DNA of 64,000 nucleotides from a virus: IMG/VR virus record IMGVR_UViG_3300045988_047070; one strand, 5' to 3'. Shown piece by piece: positions 56,425 to 64,000 of this stretch (position 1 is its first letter; each line of letters starts with the position of its first letter). The notes under the pieces were generated by a model. It saw only the letters and a program-made list of their open reading frames with translations, ran no database searches and was not told where the DNA came from. The position numbers and the translations under genes were made by a program.

Positions 56425-59400
56425 TTATATCATTGAGTATCTATAAGCTGTACTAATATAAGGTACTTTAAATTCATTACCACCATTACAATCATACTTA
56501 TAATTACAGATGAGATATTTTCCCTTCATTCTGTCCTTATAAGACTTATTAGCTAGCTGTTCTACTTCATTTAGCTTTAATGCATTACGAGGAATTGCAA
56601 ATTTATAAGTATCCTCTCTGTAATCAATGTCTTCACTAGTTAATGTTTCACTAGTTTGCCTTTTCGTAGTAAATAGTATCAAATCAAAATTAGTATCTGT
56701 AGTAAAATCACCACCATATTCAACATTATCAAATGTTTTAGTTTGTGGATAATCTTTGTTAACTACAAATTCTATTTCAGATACCTTTGCTTTGTCAGAA
56801 TCTAAATCAGCTTGTTCACCACCATTATATTTAAACAGTTTCAATGATTTAAATAAATATAGTTTATCACTAAATTCTGCATAATAGTCTGGATTGTAGT
56901 TATAGAATGAAGTAAATACTCCTAGTTGTTCATTAAACGCTAGTGTTTTATCTCCTAGAGTAAACAGAACTTCATTGTATTTCTTATCATATACTGCAAT
57001 AGGATCTTTTTTAAATAAGTCTTTATTCTTATTCAAATAAGATTGAACCCCTTTTAATTTAGATACTGTTTGTAACTGACCATTAAAACCACATATCTCA
57101 TTACGTTTACTATCATACCAGTACACAGTGCTATCTGATTGAGTATTTGCTCTTAATTGGTTTGGACTTTCACCATTCATTGTAGTAAAGTAGTCATATC
57201 TGTCTAGTATACCACCAGTACCTAGAGTAAGAGCACCTGGATTATTATCAGTTATAATAGAACGTTCATTCACTGCAACTGTGCCAAAAGCGTCTGTTTG
57301 CCAGAATACTAAATTATTTTTAAACAGTTTCATATCATTAATTGGACCAAATCTAGTATCTACATCAAGATAATTAGCTACTTTAAATTTTGTCCACGAA
57401 TCAGTAACTTCATTATTTGTTTTCAGTTCTGAAGATATGATACGAGTATCTGTTAATAGATTATCTATATTATAGATAGATTTAGCTACAAATTTCTTTG
57501 CATTAGGCTGAGCAGAATATGCGTCATTGTATGCATATGATGGAGTATTTTGAGTGTATAAATCTCCAACAGTAACTATATCATCTTCTACGAAATGATT
57601 AGCATATCCATCACCAGCTTGATAAGTTCTATTTATAGATGAATCAGCATGGGTTAATGCTAAATTAACACTTGATTCACATGGTATGAACGCACCTAAG
57701 AATAATCTATTTGCCTTATTATTATAATAATCATCTGTATTGTAACTAAACATACAGTTATTATAATCAAATATGTTTAGATAAGTATCGCCACCATAAC
57801 ACAACACTGTGGAAACACTAGATTCAGCACTAGCTCCTGTAGTAATATACACAGAATTCTGTACAGCAGAGTAGGAATTGCCACCATAAGCATTTACACT
57901 TTGTTTCATGTTGCATAATACTACTGCATTTAAATATCTAGCACTTGAAGATCCTGATGCTAAAGATATGTTAGAGATCATGTTATCACTTTTAAATATA
58001 GCACAAATTCCATGTGGACCATATTTTCTAACATTATTTGCATCAGTCTTATCTACTTCACCATCTCCTGCAGTTCTAATATTATCCCACACCCAGTTAT
58101 AATAAACTTTGTCACCAATAGTCACTGCTTCAGCATTATACCAAGGCTGATCACCGTTTGTTAACCAAGGACTACTAGGACCAGCATATTTTGCACTTTC
58201 TATTGCAGCTGATTGTACACCACTTTCAACATATAGTCCATAGTATTTAGCTAACAATGCTGCATAAAAATCATCATTATTTATCACAACACATCCTCCA
58301 GATACATAGCCATTACTAGGTTGATTACCTAATGTTTTAGTTGGTTTTATCGTAGTACCATCGTACTTTATAGATCTAGCATTTGCTAATACTTTTGTAG
58401 CTCCAGCTTCTGTAATTCCCCAATCACCGTCCGCAGTAATAGGAGATGTCATAAATCCTACCTTTTCAACTGTTTGAAACTTATCAATTAATGCATCAGC
58501 ATTTTCTCTGTTGACTGCTATTTCTGGAGATACAAACATGAAATAATTATTAGATTGTGTATCTGACAAGTTAAAGGTATATTGGAAATCTCCATTGTTA
58601 TGAGTCTTTGCATAGTAACCATGCTTATTTGAATAAGCTAGATATGGGAATGGTGTTAAGATGTTAGAATCTCTGTCATAATTTGTAATACAACTTACTA
58701 CACCTTGAGCTAATATAGTTCTATCAGACAATGTTCTTTCACATCTAACTATCTCGTATCTTACTACATCTGATGGTAGATTATTTACTTCAAATTCAAT
58801 ACCAAGTGGTTTAGTAACAACTGATAAATTAGACCCATAATCACTAGCTTCATTGGAAGTAAAAAACTTATAACCAGAATCTTTATTAGACGGCATTCTT
58901 ATATCACCTATCCAATGTACAGGGGATGCTAAACCTTGTTTATTGTATAATACAATACCAAATCTATAGATTTCATCCCTCATATATCCTTTTACTTTGG
59001 ATTCTATTTCAGCATTAGAATAGTTTGGTATCTTATTACCAGATGATAAACTTATTGAATTTGATTTGTCATTTCCCTCGTAGTTGATATCTAGACTAGT
59101 AAGAGATCTTGATGAGGCATTAAATGTAAATTCTTCATTTACCATTCCTCTTGATGTAGTAGATCCATCTTCTAACAAGTCTGTAGTAATAAACCTATAA
59201 GACACATTCTTACCTTTACCACCTTGTATATATCCTCCTGTTGGAGAAGTAGTGTATTTATAAGCACTACCATCAACATTAAATGGGCATATACAATCGT
59301 GGTCTTTAGGTATATTTGTAGTAGTTAATGCTGATAGAGCAAAGTTTAACGAAGAACCAGAGTTAGATAGCAATAATACATTACCAGAAGAATTAGCTCT

Positions 59401-60441
59401 AAATGCTCTAGCATCGTATTCTACATCCCATGTTTCCTCAGTAAGATTAGCAGCAAATAATCTGTTATCTTTAGATTCTATTACTTCAGGTATAAATGTA
59501 TAATTAGCTAATGAATTAAATTCATCAATACTTAATTCCGATACTAAGCTACCACCTTTATCTTCATAGTTTATTACAGAACCAGTTCCAATAACTATAT
59601 CATCTACTATAGATATTACAGGTACCTCATTCTTTGCCTTATAGAATAAAGAGATTATTCTAAGTCTATCAAATCCAGTACTATTGTTTCTTACTTGTAA
59701 CTTTATGGACTTACCAGTATTTTGTCCTTTAGAACTTCCTTTTACAGCATTGTAATTAGTTTTTTGATCTCCGTCACTCAAATGATAAAGAGGGGTAAGT
59801 GGAGATATTGCAGACTCTGTACCTCTTACTTTAAACAATTGATAACAGTACTGTATCATTCCAGATTCTAAACTACCTGTTCCAAATCCATTAAATTCAA
59901 ATGGAGGTAATGTAGCCTTTGGTAGCATTACTATAGTATCCGAAGTAATAGATGAATTACTAGATATGTGATCATCATCCACATTGATTACTTTAATTTG
60001 TGAATGACCATCTGCCCAATATACTTTTACATTATTACTTGCTTCCCATCTACATACACTACTAATTGCAGCAACATTACTAGACGAAACTGTTATATCT
60101 AAAGGTCTATTGGTTACTACTTTCGTCACGATTGGTTCTTCTTGTGATCTAGAAAAATCAATTCTATAGACATTATTGTTATTTGTACCATTAATCTTAG
60201 TAAAGACAATCGCCCAATCTCTTATTGTGGTAACATGTATAATAGTTTCACCAGACAAATTTGAAGAAGGTCTACACGCTAGGAATCCTTCTATATTTTG
60301 CATTGCTGCAAAAGAAGACCCTTCATTCGTTAATATACGAATGTTCTCAGCATAAATATACTGATTTTCTTTTAAGACAGAATAATCTACGTCCATATTC
60401 ATGCCACCAGAAAATGTATTTGTTTGTCTTCTTGCATTCAT
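56425..60441 (-). CDS. large tail or virion structural protein (1338 aa)
   Basis: ORF track. It lies upstream of the cargo-like and giant genes, as in crAss-like late operons. The structural role is inferred from position only. Confidence 0.6.
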   Translation of the reverse strand: MNARRQTNTFSGGMNMDVDYSVLKENQYIYAENIRILTNEGSSFAAMQNIEGFLACRPSSNLSGETIIHVTTIRDWAIVFTKINGTNNNNVYRIDFSRSQEEPIVTKVVTNRPLDITVSSSNVAAISSVCRWEASNNVKVYWADGHSQIKVINVDDDHISSNSSITSDTIVMLPKATLPPFEFNGFGTGSLESGMIQYCYQLFKVRGTESAISPLTPLYHLSDGDQKTNYNAVKGSSKGQNTGKSIKLQVRNNSTGFDRLRIISLFYKAKNEVPVISIVDDIVIGTGSVINYEDKGGSLVSELSIDEFNSLANYTFIPEVIESKDNRLFAANLTEETWDVEYDARAFRANSSGNVLLLSNSGSSLNFALSALTTTNIPKDHDCICPFNVDGSAYKYTTSPTGGYIQGGKGKNVSYRFITTDLLEDGSTTSRGMVNEEFTFNASSRSLTSLDINYEGNDKSNSISLSSGNKIPNYSNAEIESKVKGYMRDEIYRFGIVLYNKQGLASPVHWIGDIRMPSNKDSGYKFFTSNEASDYGSNLSVVTKPLGIEFEVNNLPSDVVRYEIVRCERTLSDRTILAQGVVSCITNYDRDSNILTPFPYLAYSNKHGYYAKTHNNGDFQYTFNLSDTQSNNYFMFVSPEIAVNRENADALIDKFQTVEKVGFMTSPITADGDWGITEAGATKVLANARSIKYDGTTIKPTKTLGNQPSNGYVSGGCVVINNDDFYAALLAKYYGLYVESGVQSAAIESAKYAGPSSPWLTNGDQPWYNAEAVTIGDKVYYNWVWDNIRTAGDGEVDKTDANNVRKYGPHGICAIFKSDNMISNISLASGSSSARYLNAVVLCNMKQSVNAYGGNSYSAVQNSVYITTGASAESSVSTVLCYGGDTYLNIFDYNNCMFSYNTDDYYNNKANRLFLGAFIPCESSVNLALTHADSSINRTYQAGDGYANHFVEDDIVTVGDLYTQNTPSYAYNDAYSAQPNAKKFVAKSIYNIDNLLTDTRIISSELKTNNEVTDSWTKFKVANYLDVDTRFGPINDMKLFKNNLVFWQTDAFGTVAVNERSIITDNNPGALTLGTGGILDRYDYFTTMNGESPNQLRANTQSDSTVYWYDSKRNEICGFNGQLQTVSKLKGVQSYLNKNKDLFKKDPIAVYDKKYNEVLFTLGDKTLAFNEQLGVFTSFYNYNPDYYAEFSDKLYLFKSLKLFKYNGGEQADLDSDKAKVSEIEFVVNKDYPQTKTFDNVEYGGDFTTDTNFDLILFTTKRQTSETLTSEDIDYREDTYKFAIPRNALKLNEVEQLANKSYKDRMKGKYLICNYKYDCNGGNEFKVPYISTAYRYSMI

Positions 60442-60443
60442 AA

Positions 60444-61367
60444 TTAATTAGCATTATATATATGTTGTCTAGAACCAGTATGACTATAAAATGTGTTATG
60501 ATCAAGAAATTCTGTATGTATCTTGTTCCATGTATTTTTAATAGACTCTAATTCATCTTCATTAGGTAGCATAGCTTCTGCATATGCTTGCTTACAGTAG
60601 AAGTTCCAAGAATTACGCATATCATAATATATACGTTGATTCATTTCGCCTCTTATATACTTTTGAAATCCTATTTTTTGTGCAATGTACCAGTAAATTG
60701 CTTCCATATATGAAGCACTATCTGGAATTAATGGATACCCATCTTCATCAGTAGGTATAGCACTATATGATAATTTTAGATATCCACATGGTGCATTTGT
60801 CATTATATAACCGGGTTTAATACTGTACTGCAAATCCCAATTAGGATTCGTACTTGTATTACCTTTCATATAATCTAAATTAATAGTATGCTTATTAATT
60901 AGGTTCCTAAGTATTGTCTTCATGTTTTTATTAGTATTTAGCATTTCTAGTGCTTCGGTTTTATCAATATTACCGTATAGATCTACAACTAGATTTACTA
61001 ATACTTCATCCTTAACCCACATTTCGGGTTTTTCACAATCACAGCATTCATCACAACCCCAAGCAGCAAATGAACCTGTAGCTTTCCTCATAGGAAACCA
61101 AGGCCCATCACAATTAAAAGAATATGCAACTTGGTGTAGTTTATGTAGGTTACAAGGTAACTGTGCTTGATGGCAGTGTATTTTGATAATTGGAGCCCCT
61201 TCTACACCTGAAACAATATGTTCAAACTGTTGTACTGCACCAATTTTTTCAATACCTTCTCCAATCCATTCACGCATGTCTGAGATCAATATTTCATCCT
61301 CTTGCAAACCTAGATCAGCAATAACTTTTGCAATAGCTACTTTTGAACTAACTAATTTCGTTATCAT
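60444..61367 (-). CDS. structural-module protein, Cys-cluster (WGCDECCDCEKPEMW), function unknown
   Basis: ORF track. Confidence 0.6.
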   Translation of the reverse strand: MITKLVSSKVAIAKVIADLGLQEDEILISDMREWIGEGIEKIGAVQQFEHIVSGVEGAPIIKIHCHQAQLPCNLHKLHQVAYSFNCDGPWFPMRKATGSFAAWGCDECCDCEKPEMWVKDEVLVNLVVDLYGNIDKTEALEMLNTNKNMKTILRNLINKHTINLDYMKGNTSTNPNWDLQYSIKPGYIMTNAPCGYLKLSYSAIPTDEDGYPLIPDSASYMEAIYWYIAQKIGFQKYIRGEMNQRIYYDMRNSWNFYCKQAYAEAMLPNEDELESIKNTWNKIHTEFLDHNTFYSHTGSRQHIYNAN

Positions 61368-62004
61368 TTTTATATTTCCATTTATAATTATAAGCAGTTT
61401 TTCTATTCCCCTGACAACATCTTTTTATATTTACTCTTCTATTTATATTACCAAGAGACATAGCGGCGTCTGTTATTGAGCTATATTCTGCAATTAAATT
61501 ATCATTCAAATCAAATTGCAGAATTTTTTTTCTAAGAGATATAATATACTTAGAATTTTTACTAGCTATAGATATTTTTTCTCTAGATTCTTTTGACCAT
61601 ATTCTGTTTTTATTAGATTCTGCTATGCACTTTTTTTGATCATCTTTTATAACATGCCCTGTATAAACTTCTCCAGAATGATGAGAAGCTAATTTGCATA
61701 TATTATAATCTCCATCTGAATCGATATATTTTTGTTCAATGAAAATCAAGGTATCTTTTACTTTATCACAAGTTTCTAATATCCAAAATTCGAACTTATC
61801 TTCTCCATATTTGTTAAAAGCATTTTGTAAATGTATATTCACATGCTTATTTTTAGATAGAGCATTATAATGTTGTCTGTATCTTTTTCGTAAATTAGTA
61901 GAACTACCAATATATTTTTTATTATTCAATAGATTGACAATAGCATATACTCCAGCAACATCATCAATCTGTGTGTGTCCGTTATAGTAAAATTTAAAGT
62001 TCAA
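61348..62004 (-). CDS. GIY-YIG homing endonuclease (I-TevI-like with NUMOD-type repeats)
   Basis: GVYAIVNLLNNKKYIGSSTNLRKRYRQHYNAL...NIHLQNAFNKYGEDKFEFWILE. The C-terminal part has SKESREKISIASKN-type helices. Confidence 0.85.
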   Translation of the reverse strand: MNFKFYYNGHTQIDDVAGVYAIVNLLNNKKYIGSSTNLRKRYRQHYNALSKNKHVNIHLQNAFNKYGEDKFEFWILETCDKVKDTLIFIEQKYIDSDGDYNICKLASHHSGEVYTGHVIKDDQKKCIAESNKNRIWSKESREKISIASKNSKYIISLRKKILQFDLNDNLIAEYSSITDAAMSLGNINRRVNIKRCCQGNRKTAYNYKWKYKNDNEIS

Positions 62005-62437
62005 GATAATCCCTTTCCTTATTTTTAATAATTTGGGCTAGCCGCCTCTTATTATCTCTAGTCATTACTAATTGATACATAGTCTTATTTGATGTAAGCA
62101 TATTATGCTTATTCCAATAAAATCTATATTTATAGAAGTTTGAATGTTCATTTAAGTGATATACCATTTTACCTAGCTTCTTTGATTCAGCATAATCTAT
62201 TCTAAGACTCTTTCCAGAATACTCTTTAGGCTTATGTTTAATTACACTTAATGTACCCAATCTGCATGGTAACTTTATTTCTTTACCATTTTCTATTAGT
62301 TCATCTCTCAAGTATTTAAAGTAATCATTAATTATTCCTCTAAATGTTTTATAGTCTACTTGATATAATGGGTTATCTTCTATGTAATCACAGTAGCTAG
62401 TATAAAAATCTTTTCCAGTATATGACTTAGTTTCCAT
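61994..62437 (-). CDS. hypothetical protein (147 aa)
   Basis: ORF track. It overlaps the GIY-YIG gene by 11 nt. Confidence 0.55.
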   Translation of the reverse strand: METKSYTGKDFYTSYCDYIEDNPLYQVDYKTFRGIINDYFKYLRDELIENGKEIKLPCRLGTLSVIKHKPKEYSGKSLRIDYAESKKLGKMVYHLNEHSNFYKYRFYWNKHNMLTSNKTMYQLVMTRDNKRRLAQIIKNKERDYLEL

Positions 62438-62440
62438 TCA

Positions 62441-63082
62441 TTATTGTTTTACATCATTAGTACTATTATTTGTATTATCAGTAGGTACAGTTAACATTAT
62501 ATTTAGTTCTTTGCTAAATATTAAGTTTTTCAAAGTAGGAATCATATTAGCAGGGATAGGATATGGACTGTCATAGTCATAACAATCTGCTGCTTTTGTG
62601 GGGTCTTCTAAAATGCCTTCTATTTCTACATACTCTAGAAAGCCAGGTCCATTTAAATATAAATGATTATTCTTTAAGTAAGCGATATAATCATTACATG
62701 TATATTTTCTACTTGTCTGATATTTAGCTTTTGTTTCATTACCAACCTGAATCAGATTACCATGCATATCTTTAACTGCTACTAGACCAGTACCAAAATG
62801 CAAATCTATAAATTTAGGTAATTCCTCATCTGATATATAATGAAACCCATTAGGAACACCGCATGTACTTACTTTAGATATATGTAATGGACCTAATGTC
62901 TGTATATAGCTAGGATTAATATCTCGACCTTTATCTAAATCTTGCTTAATTAAATAGGCCCTATATTGATGAATCCACTGTTCTACTTGTATGCGTGACA
63001 AATTCTCACTTTCAGATATATTACTATCTCTATAAGTAAGAAATATATCATCTATTATTGTATTTAGTGAATTAAATATCAT
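62441..63082 (-). CDS. structural-module hypothetical protein (213 aa)
   Basis: ORF track. Confidence 0.6.
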   Translation of the reverse strand: MIFNSLNTIIDDIFLTYRDSNISESENLSRIQVEQWIHQYRAYLIKQDLDKGRDINPSYIQTLGPLHISKVSTCGVPNGFHYISDEELPKFIDLHFGTGLVAVKDMHGNLIQVGNETKAKYQTSRKYTCNDYIAYLKNNHLYLNGPGFLEYVEIEGILEDPTKAADCYDYDSPYPIPANMIPTLKNLIFSKELNIMLTVPTDNTNNSTNDVKQ

Positions 63083-63084
63083 AA

Positions 63085-63504
63085 TTAATTTAATAAACTT
63101 TTTACAGTTATTGTTACTTTTTCTTTATTATTTGTAGCTTCCTCAAGTAAAGTCATTAGTTCATCGAATGCTATTCTAGAATTACCTACCCAATCTTCTT
63201 TCTCACCATCCCATGTACCTACAAGTATACACCCTTCTGTATCTTTAGAACTATTACCAGTATGAATTCTAATACCACTAAAGTTAGGTACATTAAGAAT
63301 CTCTGGTAATATTTTCTTAAATCTTGGAGAGTGAGTTAATTTAACTTCATATGTACCTTCAGGTATTGCAGTTTTACCATATACCTTTTCTCCTTCTGGC
63401 CTTACTCTATCTTCGAGGGTATCACACAAATGTTTATCATTGATTAGTAGCTCTCCAATAGTTGCAGAGCTACCTAGAAAGATTCTATTTAATGTTAATT
63501 CCAT
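63085..63504 (-). CDS. DUF5675-like protein (His/Cys motif IHTGN...GCILVG)
   Basis: GKTAIPEGTYEVKL...LPEILNVPNFSGIRIHTGNSSKDTEGCILVG matches my recollection of the DUF5675 pattern. The H...GC arrangement also recalls YkuD-fold enzymes. Confidence 0.55.
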   Translation of the reverse strand: MELTLNRIFLGSSATIGELLINDKHLCDTLEDRVRPEGEKVYGKTAIPEGTYEVKLTHSPRFKKILPEILNVPNFSGIRIHTGNSSKDTEGCILVGTWDGEKEDWVGNSRIAFDELMTLLEEATNNKEKVTITVKSLLN

Positions 63505-63917
63505 TACGCAGCTGGTGTTTCTAATGCAGCAACTCTAGCTTCTAAAGCTTCATAATCACCTTCTAGAGTAGTCAATCTAAGATTCAAAGCTGAAATTAAC
63601 TCTCTTACTTCATCATCGTTATAGTTTTGAAGACTGGCAAGTTTATTTTTTTCTTGTGTAGTATAGTCTTCAGTAGACAATCCTTTACCTTCAACTTTAT
63701 CTTCTTTGTTTTGTTCTAAATCCGCTATCTGCTGTTTTATCTGAGAAATGTCTTCAGTAGCTTTATTATTAACTAAAACCCATTTAGTACCATTAAAATA
63801 CTTTAAATCCCCACCATTTGGATTAGATGATAGATCTGCCCAATATTTAACAGATGCAGGATTAGGTTGAATTGTACTAGCTAGAATGTCGTATTTATTA
63901 TTATAAAGTGTACTCAT
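63504..63917 (-). CDS. small fibre-like protein with C-terminal coiled coil
   Basis: ORF track. A heptad-like stretch runs IADLEQNKEDK...LNLRLTTLEGDYEALEARVAALE. Confidence 0.55.
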   Translation of the reverse strand: MSTLYNNKYDILASTIQPNPASVKYWADLSSNPNGGDLKYFNGTKWVLVNNKATEDISQIKQQIADLEQNKEDKVEGKGLSTEDYTTQEKNKLASLQNYNDDEVRELISALNLRLTTLEGDYEALEARVAALETPAA

Positions 63918-63924
63918 ATTATTT

Positions 63925-63960
63925 TAAAATAAAAAAGGTTGACTAAATAGCCAACCTTTG
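63925..63960 (-). terminator. rho-independent terminator (minus strand) after the upstream late gene
   Basis: On the minus strand, AAAGGTTG-GCTATTTAGT-CAACCTTT is followed by TTTTTATTTT. Confidence 0.6.
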
Positions 63961-63964
63961 TGTT

Positions 63965-64000
63965 TTAGATTTCATTTTCTTTTTCCTCAGTAGGAGGATC
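63965..64000 (-). CDS. 3' end of an upstream late gene (partial, runs off the window)
   Basis: The minus-strand frame reads ...DPPTEEKENEI with a stop at 63967-63965. Confidence 0.4.
   Translation of the reverse strand, partial: DPPTEEKENEI

Noticed and set aside
1-64000. CRISPR arrays, rRNA genes, integrase/att or lysogeny module, and DGR-type template/variable repeats
   Set aside because: No regularly spaced direct repeats, no rRNA-like segments, and no recombinase or reverse-transcriptase motifs were seen in any listed ORF.

Overview
This AT-rich phage segment looks like a crAss-like (Crassvirales-type) podovirus; that assignment is an inference from gene content and order. Positions 1-34.4 kb are almost entirely plus-strand early and replication genes. 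These include a family B DNA polymerase split by an HNH-carrying intron-like insert, a DnaB-like helicase, a DnaG-type primase and an SSB ending in DDLPF. They also include a Sak4/RecA-like ATPase, a RecB-like exonuclease, a DUF1064-like nuclease, three AAA-type ATPases and an ECF-type sigma factor. Positions 34.4-64 kb are a convergent minus-strand late operon. It holds a 1763-aa protein with a zincin HEIAH motif, a 4266-aa protein carrying both HEAYH and the RNAP-type DFDID motif (virion RNA polymerase module), large virion and tail proteins, a GIY-YIG homing endonuclease and a DUF5675-like protein. The two blocks meet at a bidirectional terminator near 34.42 kb. The most unusual feature is that about 6.7 kb of the first 19.2 kb has no credible ORF. 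This includes a 2.4-kb ORF-free, helix-rich block at 15535-17899. The intergenic regions hold long-range helices, repeated boxes, and a dispersed family of tRNA-like elements. Those elements have good acceptor and T arms but anticodon arms that I cannot fold canonically by hand, and most sit 15-45 nt upstream of a start codon. No CRISPR array, rRNA or integrase was seen. All folds and motif calls were done by eye and need computational confirmation.
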